Assembly (NCBI GenBank): GCA_039026555.1
Contig: JBCCMB010000001.1
Coordinates: 5,631 to 69,630 of the forward strand
Direction of reading: 5' to 3'
DNA length: 64,000 bases
Source: Pseudomonadota bacterium
GTDB lineage: Bacteria > Pseudomonadota > Alphaproteobacteria > Caulobacterales > Hyphomonadaceae
Positions 55,784-64,000 of the stretch are shown here, piece by piece. Each line of letters begins with the position of its first letter. Position 1 is the stretch's first letter. The notes beneath the pieces are model-generated. The model worked only from the letters and a program-made list of their open reading frames with translations, made no database searches and was not told where the DNA came from. The translations under genes were made by a program, and so were the position numbers.

Positions 55784-58675
55784 TCATCGGGGCCTCTCGT
55801 CTAGGTCTGGCGGCGTCGCGAAGTCCGAGGGCGAGATTAATCGAGAAGACGGACCCGGAGGAACGCCATCCCAAGCGCTGAAGAATGAAGGCAGCGTGGC
55901 GAGCGGCGGAAGGCCGTTGTCAGATGCGCGATCTGGCGATTTACTCAACTGCTCAAAGGCTGCGCAGTAGTTTCGCCCAAGCGCGACCGTGTGGCTTACG
56001 TCAAGAAGACGAATAGACCCATCTTCCAACGCTAAGCCAAGCGTTGCGCCATCGGTCAAAAATCTGGCGCTCCATACCGGTCGATCATGCTCGACGCTCC
56101 AAAACAAGGTCTTGGCGTCTAGCGGGTCAAACACGCCCACTTCACCCCCGCGCGTCGCGGCAGCGACACGATTGTCTCCTGCCGCGATACAAACACTGGT
56201 GATTGCGTGGCTGGAAATGACTAATCTTCTTTCGATGACTTTTTCATCGCGATTCCACGTGACTACAGCGCCATCGGAGCAACCACCGACGCATGTTATC
56301 CCGTCGGCCGATACGGCTAGCGACGTAAGCGCAACATCTGCAATTACCGTCCGACTAGAAACGTTCAGCGACCGCCCATCCAAGCGGACATCAAAAGCTT
56401 GGCCAGTATCACTGGTAACCAAAAATTCGGTTTCGTTCATTGCCACGACAGCGAGGAGGCTCCCTGCACGAAGGTCTAGCGTTGCGATCCTTTCTCCGTT
56501 TCGCGCGTCTACAACGCTCACGACGCTGTAGCCCGAGACGACCACCACCGCGCGTCCCCGTTCAAGCCAAGCACCGCACCACTGGACAGCGTCGCCTAAA
56601 GCACGCGTGAAGCGCCATGCGTACCGCGACAAATCCAAGACGCCAAGTGAGCCTTTGCCAAAACAAACAAGCGCCGCCTCGCTTCCGGGAGAAATTGTTA
56701 TGTGAGTTGCAACGGCATCAATTCCTGACTCTACAGTGCGACCACATCCTTTGGAGGACGTTGCGCCGACAGAACCATTTCGAAATGCTGCGACCAACGT
56801 TTGGCCGTCTTCGCTGAAATCCAAAGACGTGACACCACCGCCTTGGCACCAGAGTCCCTGCCGCATCACGCTGCGCCGTCCAGCGGTGGCGCGAGCTTGC
56901 CCAAGTGAGACTGGTTGATACCCCTTCGGATCCAAGGTGTCGCGACGCCAAACATCAATCGAGCCTGCCGCCGTCAAACCGACCAAAACAGATCCGTTGC
57001 TTCTAAGAGCGATCTGTTGATATTCCAATCCTGAAGGGACTGTGGCAGCGAGCGTGCCATCAGACGTTTGGACGACGGCAATGCTTTGATCGCCGCGCTG
57101 CAGGGCGAGATAATTTCCGTCTGCCGAAAACGTAAACGCGCGGCCCTCAACAGCCTCAGACGGCAAATCAACAAGCCACTCCAATTCGTGCCGATCCGCA
57201 CCTCTCTTCAGATGATACAGTGAACGCGGCACAAGTGCGTGTGCATGAGGTCTATAACCTTCAACGAAAACAAATCGGCCAGAAGGATCAAAGCGCGCAG
57301 CCCTCACCTCCGGGTTTTGATACCATGGCCTAATTTTTACTGAGCGATCGCTTCCAGCCCTCGAGATTTCTTGAGTCTCGCCTTCTCGCCATTGACGAAG
57401 CACGCCAAAGCCCGACATCGCAACGATCCGACGGGCTACTTCATCGAAATAGGCGTCAACAAACGACGTAAAGCCAGCTTCCGCGTGCGCGATCCGTTGT
57501 CCAGTCTTGGTATCCCAAACCCTCCCATGATTGATCAATTCCATCGTCAGCACCGTCGATCCGCCAGACGTAAACTTGGCGACCTGGGTGATGATCGGTT
57601 TGGTGATAACATGTGTGCCCGTTTGCTTGGACTGTGCATCCCACACAAACACGGCGCCGTCCTCAAACGTGATCAACACGTTCATAGACTCACCAGCTAA
57701 GTCAAACGCTGCGATTGGCCGGTCGAACGTAACAAATTCACGTAGTGATAAATCTACAGAACTGCGAAAGGTGAGTGTAGAATCAGCTGCCGTGACGATG
57801 AGGTCCGCGCTCTCGACGATACCGAGTTTCGCGCCGTCGCTGGCGGCTGCCTTAAATTGATCAAACGGCAATCCAAGGGTCGAAAGCGCCTGAGAGGCCG
57901 CCGCTGTCAGCTGTGGCGCCCACGTGAGCGCCTCATAGCCACGCGCTTCGCCGAACTCGCGCATCCGCCTCAACGCGTCGGCGTATCGTCCGCGCTGCAT
58001 ATCGAGCTGAGCCTCGCCAGCAATTCGCCGGGCTTGGTCCACTTGCGCGCGCAACCGACTTTCCGCGACGAAGGCCATAAGTGTTTCAGTCAGGGGCGCT
58101 GCTGCGCCCGGCACCGTTTTTATGACCGCGTCCGCGTCATCGACGAGTAGGTCTGGCAAGAGCAGGCCGTCCTCGCGACTCGCGCGATCCCATTCTGCTG
58201 CACGAGCGGTGAGATCGGAATGCGCGCGCACCCACTTGATATCGGTGTCGATAGCTCCGCAAAGCTTCTTTAGCGCCATCTCGCTCATCATTGGCGGGTG
58301 GCTATGACCGTTGAGCGGGTCGTCTGAGAAGACCCAATTCAGTTGCCCGAGTAGCGATGGAGCCACAAGCTTCCGCTTGCCGTGCGCAACAGGAAGCAAC
58401 CGCTTGCCGAGCGACGTTGCTCTCTCAACCTCCCATCCACAATGCTCCGAGGAGAGAGAGGCGTCTGTTACAACAAAAACGACGACGTCAGCCCTGAGGA
58501 TCAGGTTCTCCAGCCGCGTCCTCCACGCTTCACCGGCGCCAATGTCCTCCCTATCGATCCAAGCATCATAACCACGGCTGATTAGAGAAGTTCGCAAGCT
58601 GTCCGTGAAGGCGCTGTCCGCTCGGCTGTACGAGATAAAGACACTGATCCGCCGTGTATCGTCGTTGTCGGGCAT
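55784..58675 (-). CDS. TIR domain - helical linker - divergent beta-propeller (WD40-like) repeat protein
   Basis: ATG 58675: MPDNDDTRRISVFISYSRADSAFTDSL...DAWIDREDIGAGEAW...VVVFVVTDASLSSEHCGWEVERA (TIR). About 650 aa of irregular repeats follow (ITSVCIAAGDNRVAAATRGGEVGVFD and similar). No FGE domain and no VR. Confidence 0.75.
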   Translation of the reverse strand: MPDNDDTRRISVFISYSRADSAFTDSLRTSLISRGYDAWIDREDIGAGEAWRTRLENLILRADVVVFVVTDASLSSEHCGWEVERATSLGKRLLPVAHGKRKLVAPSLLGQLNWVFSDDPLNGHSHPPMMSEMALKKLCGAIDTDIKWVRAHSDLTARAAEWDRASREDGLLLPDLLVDDADAVIKTVPGAAAPLTETLMAFVAESRLRAQVDQARRIAGEAQLDMQRGRYADALRRMREFGEARGYEALTWAPQLTAAASQALSTLGLPFDQFKAAASDGAKLGIVESADLIVTAADSTLTFRSSVDLSLREFVTFDRPIAAFDLAGESMNVLITFEDGAVFVWDAQSKQTGTHVITKPIITQVAKFTSGGSTVLTMELINHGRVWDTKTGQRIAHAEAGFTSFVDAYFDEVARRIVAMSGFGVLRQWREGETQEISRAGSDRSVKIRPWYQNPEVRAARFDPSGRFVFVEGYRPHAHALVPRSLYHLKRGADRHELEWLVDLPSEAVEGRAFTFSADGNYLALQRGDQSIAVVQTSDGTLAATVPSGLEYQQIALRSNGSVLVGLTAAGSIDVWRRDTLDPKGYQPVSLGQARATAGRRSVMRQGLWCQGGGVTSLDFSEDGQTLVAAFRNGSVGATSSKGCGRTVESGIDAVATHITISPGSEAALVCFGKGSLGVLDLSRYAWRFTRALGDAVQWCGAWLERGRAVVVVSGYSVVSVVDARNGERIATLDLRAGSLLAVVAMNETEFLVTSDTGQAFDVRLDGRSLNVSSRTVIADVALTSLAVSADGITCVGGCSDGAVVTWNRDEKVIERRLVISSHAITSVCIAAGDNRVAAATRGGEVGVFDPLDAKTLFWSVEHDRPVWSARFLTDGATLGLALEDGSIRLLDVSHTVALGRNYCAAFEQLSKSPDRASDNGLPPLATLPSFFSAWDGVPPGPSSRLISPSDFATPPDLDERPR

Positions 58676-59017
58676 CCAATCTCCCCCAAGTCCGAAATGC
58701 ACGCCAGTCCATTGCATTGGGAGACTAAACACCGATAGCAGATATCGTCCACACGGGACGGTCGTGAACGGCGGGAGCGCGCGTGCGGGAGGGCCGCGCT
58801 GTGTCCGCTCCGCGATTAATCACGGCCGGCGCCGAGGCATCGTCTCAGACGCCTGTTCCGTTGTTCGATGTCCCTCAACGTCACCCAAAGGGCTATGACG
58901 CGACTGGACTGGTCTCGAATTACCTGAATTAAAACAATTTTGACCCGCTTCTTGATCTGGCCGGCGCCGCCTCTCACCCGCACGCTTGCGCTCGTTAGAT
59001 TTAAGGAGCGCCTAGGC

Positions 59018-61036
59018 ATGTCGCCGCAATCCATTCTTGTCGGTCAGATCATCCTCGTCTTTGCGACGATCATCGCCGGCGTATGGTTTGCGACCCAATG
59101 GACGGCGGGACAATTCGCTTACGACGCTCGCCTGGGCCCGGCATGGTTTACCGCCGGCGAAACGCCGATCTACTACCCCTGGCGCTTCTTTGAATGGTGG
59201 TACGCGTTCGACGCCTACGCGCCGGACGTCTTTTCCAAAGGCGGCTACATCGCCGCCGGGAGCGGATTTCTCGGAGCGTTCGTCGCGGCCATCGGATCCG
59301 TTTGGCGCGGTCGACAAGCCAAGCGTCTCACTACTTATGGCTCGTCGCGATGGGCGACGGCGCGCGACATCGCGTCAGCCGGCCTCTTTAAGCCCGCCGG
59401 CGTCTTTCTCGGCCGCTTGAGAGACGCCTATCTCCGCCATGACGGGCCGGAACACGTGATGGCGTTTGCGCCGACGCGTTCCGGGAAGGGCGTCGGCTTG
59501 GTCGTTCCAACGCTTTTGAGCTGGCGCGAGAGCGCCGTCATCCACGACATCAAAGGCGAAAATTGGACGCTGACGGCCGGCTGGCGCGCGCGTTTCTCCC
59601 ATTGCCTGTTTTTCAATCCGACAGATCCAAGCAGCGCCAGATACAATCCGCTTCTGGAGGTTCGGAAAGGCCTGAACGAAGTCCGTGACGTCCAGAATAT
59701 CGCCGACATATTGGTCGATCCCGAAGGCGCCCTGGAGCAGTGCAACCATTGGGAAAAGACAAGTCATTCGCTGCTCGTCGGCGCAATCCTGCACATTCTC
59801 TATGCGGAAGACGAAAAAACACTCGCGCGCGTGGCGTCTTTCTTGTCCGACCCGTCGCGCAGTTTCGAACAGACGCTTTGGGTGATGATGAACACCAATC
59901 ACCTTGGCGACGAGCGCGCCGCCGAAGTTCATCCGGTCGTTGCGCAGGCCGCACGCGAACTCCTCAATAAATCTGAAAATGAACGCTCCGGGGTCCTGTC
60001 GACCGCCATGAGCTTTTTGGGACTTTATCGCGATCCGACGGTCGCGGCGGCCACATCCGCTAGCGATTGGCGGATCGAGGACCTGGTCGGTGGTGAGAAA
60101 CCGTTGTCTCTTTATCTTGTTGTGCCGCCGTCGGATATTTCGCGGACAAAACCGTTGGTACGGCTAATCCTCAATCAGATCGGGCGCCGTCTGACGGAGA
60201 CGCTCGACGACGGTGTCGACGGTCCGCGCCGCCGAGTTCTGCTAATGCTAGACGAGTTTCCGGCACTAGGGCGGCTCGATTTCTTTGAAAGCGCGCTCGC
60301 CTTCATGGCGGGATACGGCTTGCGCGCCTTTCTGATCGCGCAATCGCTTAATCAGATCGAAAAGGCCTATGGGCCGAACAACTCGATCCTGGACAATTGT
60401 CATGTCCGGGTCGCGTTCGCCACAAATGACGAGCGCACGGCCAAACGCATATCCGACGCGCTCGGGACGGCAACGCAAATGCGCGCCATGCGCAATTACG
60501 CGGGCCATCGCCTGGCGCCCTGGCTGTCGCATGTCATGGTCTCGCGCCAGGAAACCGCACGCCAGCTATTGACGCCGGGCGAAGTGATGCAATTGCCTGC
60601 CGAAGACGAGCTCGTGCTTGTTTCGGGCGCGCCGCCGATCCGCGCCAAGAAGCTTCGCTATTTCGAAGATCAGAATTTCACGTCGCGCGTCTCGGGGCCG
60701 CCGGTGTTGCAGGACGCAGATGGAGCGATCCCCTGTGCGCCGGCGCCTCGGCCGAATGATTGGGCCGGCGCCGTTTGCGATGTCGACGATGGCCTGGCGT
60801 TCAACGCCGCGCCGGTCGCCGACGACGCGGAGGAGGGCGGCAAGGAGCTCAAGCCCGAACTTCAAGTCGAACCGCGCACGCACGAGAGCGAAGACGACGC
60901 GCCGACGCCGGACATTGAAAGCGACGACCCAGAAACAGCCGCAAAGCGCGCCGCCGATCTCGCGAAAGCCGACACGATCCGCCGCGCCTATGGCGTCGAG
61001 CGCGCCGCGCCCGACCGCGACCTATTGGATTTTTGA
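59018..61036 (+). CDS. traG: Type IV secretion coupling protein TraG/VirD4
   Basis: ATG 59018 behind AAGGAG. Two N-terminal TM helices, APTRSGKGVGLVVP (Walker A), VLLMLDEFPALG (Walker B) and an acidic C-terminal tail. Confidence 0.9.
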   Translation: MSPQSILVGQIILVFATIIAGVWFATQWTAGQFAYDARLGPAWFTAGETPIYYPWRFFEWWYAFDAYAPDVFSKGGYIAAGSGFLGAFVAAIGSVWRGRQAKRLTTYGSSRWATARDIASAGLFKPAGVFLGRLRDAYLRHDGPEHVMAFAPTRSGKGVGLVVPTLLSWRESAVIHDIKGENWTLTAGWRARFSHCLFFNPTDPSSARYNPLLEVRKGLNEVRDVQNIADILVDPEGALEQCNHWEKTSHSLLVGAILHILYAEDEKTLARVASFLSDPSRSFEQTLWVMMNTNHLGDERAAEVHPVVAQAARELLNKSENERSGVLSTAMSFLGLYRDPTVAAATSASDWRIEDLVGGEKPLSLYLVVPPSDISRTKPLVRLILNQIGRRLTETLDDGVDGPRRRVLLMLDEFPALGRLDFFESALAFMAGYGLRAFLIAQSLNQIEKAYGPNNSILDNCHVRVAFATNDERTAKRISDALGTATQMRAMRNYAGHRLAPWLSHVMVSRQETARQLLTPGEVMQLPAEDELVLVSGAPPIRAKKLRYFEDQNFTSRVSGPPVLQDADGAIPCAPAPRPNDWAGAVCDVDDGLAFNAAPVADDAEEGGKELKPELQVEPRTHESEDDAPTPDIESDDPETAAKRAADLAKADTIRRAYGVERAAPDRDLLDF

Positions 61037-61039
61037 GCC

Positions 61040-61537
61040 ATGCCGTCGACCAACCCCCGCATCCGTCCTTACATTTCGCCCGACAACCATGTTCGGCTTA
61101 AAGCGCTCGCCGAACTGCCCGGCCGCGGCGAAAGTGAGATTGTCGACAAAGCGCTGGCCGCCTTTTTCAGTCATGAACATGACGACAAACGGGACGGCGC
61201 GCTGATCCGGCGCCTCGATCGCATGACACGTCAGATGGAGGGTTTGAAGCGCAACCAGATCATTTACGCCGAGGCGTTCGCGCTCTTCATGCGGTATTTT
61301 CTGACGGTCATTCCGCCTGTGAGCGAGGCGGATAAAGCCGCGGCCCAAGCCCAAGGCGCCGACCGTTACGAAAAATACCTCAAAAGCCTGCGGACCGTCC
61401 TCGCCGACGGGGAACGCATCCTCTTCGATGTTGTCGACGATCTCATCGTCGATGAGAGCGCCTTCTTCACGGCCGAAGAACTCGCCCGGCTCCATGAGCC
61501 GGCGCCGAGCGCGCAGAAGGAGGCGGCCGATGCATAA
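61040..61537 (+). CDS. Ribbon-helix-helix (CopG-like) protein of the Trb operon
   Basis: The position between traG and trbB is typical for this ICE family. The N-terminal PRIRPYISPDNHVRLKALAE fits an RHH beta-strand plus helix. Confidence 0.55.
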   Translation: MPSTNPRIRPYISPDNHVRLKALAELPGRGESEIVDKALAAFFSHEHDDKRDGALIRRLDRMTRQMEGLKRNQIIYAEAFALFMRYFLTVIPPVSEADKAAAQAQGADRYEKYLKSLRTVLADGERILFDVVDDLIVDESAFFTAEELARLHEPAPSAQKEAADA

Positions 61538-62516
61538 TCGCGAGACGACGCTGCGCACGCTCTCCATGCTGAAAACGGCGATGGGGCCGCTCATCGCTAA
61601 TGCGCTCACCGATCCGTCGGTCATTGAGATCATGGTCAATCCCGACGGCCGGCTCTGGATCGAGCGCCACGGCGAAGGCCGAACGCAAGCGTCTAGCGGC
61701 TTGAGCGCCGAACAGGCCGAACGGGTCGTCCGCTTGGTCGCAAGCCATTTGGGACGCGAAGCAAATTCGTCTCAGCCCATTGTCAGTGCGGAATTGCCCG
61801 GCGGCGGAGAACGCTTTGAAGGCGTCTTGCCGCCTGTTTCACAGCGTCCTTGCTTTTCTATTCGCAAGGCCGCCGCGCGGGTGTTCACACTGGACGATTA
61901 TGTGGACGCCGGGATTTTGTCCCGCGCGGGCGCGCTCGCGCTTCGCCAAGCGGTGCAATCCAAGCTCAACATCATGATCGTCGGTGGAACAAGTTCCGGA
62001 AAGACGACGCTCGCCAATGCGCTCTTGCACGAGATCGCCGATCTGGGCGATCGCGTCGTCATCCTGGAGGATACGCGCGAACTGCAATGCGCTGCGCCCG
62101 ACCACGTAGCGCTGCGAACGCAGGCCGGGTCCGTCAGCCTGTCGGATCTTGTCCGGTCAACGCTTCGTTTGCGGCCCGACCGCATCATTATCGGCGAAGT
62201 GCGCGGGCCCGAAGCGCTTGATCTTCTTAAGGCTTGGAACACCGGCCATCCCGGCGGGATTGCGACCATCCACGCCAATTCGGCGCTCGGCGGCCTTCAC
62301 CGTTTGGAACAGCTGATCGGCGAAAAGAGCCTTCGTATCCCCGACGTTCTCATCGCCGAGGCCGTCGATTTGGTCGTCTTCATTTCGGGGCGCAACGCCG
62401 CCCGGAAAGTCGAAACCATCGCCCAATTGAGGGGGCATGACGGTGAGGATTACGTCCTCAGCGATTTTGCGCCCCAAGGCCCCAAGCTCATCCAACTCAA
62501 TGGAGACACCGCATGA
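61530..62516 (+). CDS. trbB: P-type conjugative transfer ATPase TrbB (VirB11 family)
   Basis: ATG 61530 behind GAAGGAGG. IMIVGGTSSGKTTLANAL (Walker A), RVVILEDTREL (Walker B) and RPDRIIIGEVRG..A...L.AWNTGHPG.I.T.HAN. Confidence 0.9.
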   Translation: MHNRETTLRTLSMLKTAMGPLIANALTDPSVIEIMVNPDGRLWIERHGEGRTQASSGLSAEQAERVVRLVASHLGREANSSQPIVSAELPGGGERFEGVLPPVSQRPCFSIRKAAARVFTLDDYVDAGILSRAGALALRQAVQSKLNIMIVGGTSSGKTTLANALLHEIADLGDRVVILEDTRELQCAAPDHVALRTQAGSVSLSDLVRSTLRLRPDRIIIGEVRGPEALDLLKAWNTGHPGGIATIHANSALGGLHRLEQLIGEKSLRIPDVLIAEAVDLVVFISGRNAARKVETIAQLRGHDGEDYVLSDFAPQGPKLIQLNGDTA

Positions 62517-62830
62517 TGAAATCATCTCATGTCGCGCGCGCCGTCGTGCTGGCAGGCATGGCTGCAATGATCGTCGCGCCAGCCTACGCCGCAGGATCCG
62601 GCATGCCCTGGGAAGGGCCGCTCGATCAAATCCTGCAATCGGTCGAAGGGCCGGTCGCCAAGATCATCGGGACGTTGGCGATCATCATAACCGGCCTCAC
62701 GCTGGCGTTCGGCGATAGCGGCGGCGGTTTCCGCAAGCTGATCCAGATCGTGTTGGGCCTGTCGATCGCCTTCACAGCGACCAGCTTCTTTTTATCCTTC
62801 TTCTCCTTCGGCGGTGGCGCGACGCTATGA
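62513..62830 (+). CDS. trbC: TrbC/VirB2 family pilin
   Basis: Signal-like N-terminus ending AYAAG, followed by two hydrophobic helices. 4-nt overlaps on both sides. Confidence 0.75.
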   Translation: MMKSSHVARAVVLAGMAAMIVAPAYAAGSGMPWEGPLDQILQSVEGPVAKIIGTLAIIITGLTLAFGDSGGGFRKLIQIVLGLSIAFTATSFFLSFFSFGGGATL

Positions 62831-63081
62831 CGCCCGAAGGCTTTGTCATCCCCGTCCACCGGGCGCTCACCGAACCGATTCTGCTCGGCGGCGCGCCAAG
62901 GAACGCCGCCATCTTAAATGGAACAATCGCGGCGGCTTTAGGGTTAGGACTCCAGCTTTGGGCGGTTGGCGTTGTCTACTGGATTATCGCCCATGGCGCG
63001 TGCGTCTTTATGACCAAGCGCGATCCGCAATTCTTGGACGTTCTGATCCGACATGTCCGGCACAAGGCGTATCTATCATGA
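62827..63081 (+). CDS. trbD: TrbD/VirB3 family protein
   Basis: PVHRALTEPILLGGAPR and a hydrophobic hairpin. Located between trbC and trbE. Confidence 0.7.
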   Translation: MTPEGFVIPVHRALTEPILLGGAPRNAAILNGTIAAALGLGLQLWAVGVVYWIIAHGACVFMTKRDPQFLDVLIRHVRHKAYLS

Positions 63082-64000
63082 TGCGCCTCGCTGAATATCA
63101 AAAGCGGCCGACGCGGCTCGCCGACTATCTGCCATGGGCGGCCTTGGTCGCGCCGGGCGTCGTGCTCAACAAGGATGGAAGCTTTCAGCGGACGGCGGCC
63201 TATCGCGGACCGGATCTCGAAAGTTCGACGCGCGACGAACTCGTCTCGCTTTGCGCGCGCGTCAATAACGTGCTGCGCCGCTTCGGTTCGGGATGGGCGC
63301 TCTTTTTCGAGGCGGCGCGTCATCCGGCGCCTGATTACCCTCACAGCGCTTGGCGCGAACCCGTCGCTTGGCTGATCGATGAAGAAAGGCGCGGCGTGTT
63401 CGAAGACGCCGACGCGCTGTTCGAGAGCGCCTATTATCTCACCTTCTCCTATCTGCCGCCGGCCGATGCGGTCCACACGCTCGAAGACATGCTCTTGGAA
63501 CGCGCCGAGGATGGAGAGCATCCCGCGGGCGCTGACCAACTCGCAGTCTTCCTCGAAACGACGGATCGAAGCCTGGACTTGCTGGCGAATCTTCTGCCGA
63601 GCGCGCGGTTTTTGGACGACGACGAAACGCTAACCTATCTGCAAAGCTGCGTGTCGCCGAAACCCCATATCGTGCGCGCCCCCGAATTTCCCGCATATCT
63701 CGACGCCGTTCTGGGCGGCGCTGATCTTGTCGGCGGATTGGAGCCCATATTGGGCGGGTCGAATTTGCGCGTCCTTTCCATCCAAGGCTTTCCGAATGGG
63801 ACCGAACCGGGGCTGCTCGACGAGCTCAACAGCCTTGGGTTTTCTTATCGCTGGTGCACGCGGTTCCTGCCGATGGATAAGGCGGAAGCAGTCAGAACGC
63901 TGACGCGCTATCGCCGGCAATGGTTCGCCAAGCGTAAATCCGTCCTCGCCGTCTTGAAAGAAGCGATGACGCAGGAGGGGACTGCGCTCGTCGATGCGGA
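63078..64000 (+). CDS. trbE: TrbE/VirB4 conjugal transfer ATPase, 3' end truncated by the window edge
   Basis: ATG 63078 overlaps the trbD stop. My translation (MMRLAEYQKRPTRLADYLPWAALVAPGVVLNKDGSFQRTAAYRGPDLES...FSYRWCTRF) matches the TrbE N-terminal region. The ORF is open to the end of the window, so it is absent from the track. Confidence 0.85.
   Translation, partial: MMRLAEYQKRPTRLADYLPWAALVAPGVVLNKDGSFQRTAAYRGPDLESSTRDELVSLCARVNNVLRRFGSGWALFFEAARHPAPDYPHSAWREPVAWLIDEERRGVFEDADALFESAYYLTFSYLPPADAVHTLEDMLLERAEDGEHPAGADQLAVFLETTDRSLDLLANLLPSARFLDDDETLTYLQSCVSPKPHIVRAPEFPAYLDAVLGGADLVGGLEPILGGSNLRVLSIQGFPNGTEPGLLDELNSLGFSYRWCTRFLPMDKAEAVRTLTRYRRQWFAKRKSVLAVLKEAMTQEGTALVDA

Noticed and set aside
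58940-59017. Upstream start for traG at 58940
   Set aside because: The extension lacks homology. ATG 59018 is preceded by AAGGAG at proper spacing and begins directly with the expected N-terminal TM helix.
61428-61529. Upstream start for trbB at 61428
   Set aside because: It would overlap the CopG-like gene by 110 nt with an Arg/Ser-rich sequence. ATG 61530 has GAAGGAGG upstream and matches the usual TrbB N-terminus.

Overview
High-GC, alphaproteobacterial-type chromosome segment in three parts. (1) 1-18.5 kb holds ordinary core genes: galE, an OM beta-barrel, SPOR, GAF/fRMsr, YqgE, peroxiredoxin, stomatin-NfeD, class I LysRS, acyl-CoA dehydrogenase, an arginine succinyltransferase (AST) cluster, CoA-transferase, SIMPL and an M48 protease. 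(2) tRNA-His (18615-18691) followed by a tyrosine integrase marks the left end of an integrative conjugative element (ICE). Its backbone is ArdA, DUF2285, a broken HTH/excisionase-like gene, DUF2840, S26 TraF-like peptidase and relaxase at 20.6-25.6 kb, then TraG/VirD4, CopG and TrbB-C-D-E at 59-64 kb, running off the window. (3) Between relaxase and traG lies a ~33-kb cargo island (25.6-58.9 kb), the most interesting part. It contains a diversity-generating retroelement (DGR): Avd-like gene, DGR-type reverse transcriptase and a 126-nt template repeat (TR). Four 126-nt variable repeats (VRs) form the last codons of four FGE-sulfatase/C-type-lectin-fold domains. By hand alignment, three VRs differ from the TR only at TR adenines. 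The diversified domains are fused to TIR, STAND NTPase, WD40, multi-TM and caspase-like modules. They sit among a MoxR AAA+ ATPase, two further TIR proteins, a membrane-anchored trypsin-like protease, a TPR/kinase-remnant protein, a Tat-exported peptidoglycan (PG)-binding protein, a DUF433/DUF5615 toxin-antitoxin pair, a LuxR / frameshifted LuxI module and IS3/IS5 remnants. I read this as an ICE-borne, DGR-diversified, membrane-spanning sensor/effector (conflict or immunity-like) system. All domain calls come from motif recognition by eye, and no searches were run.
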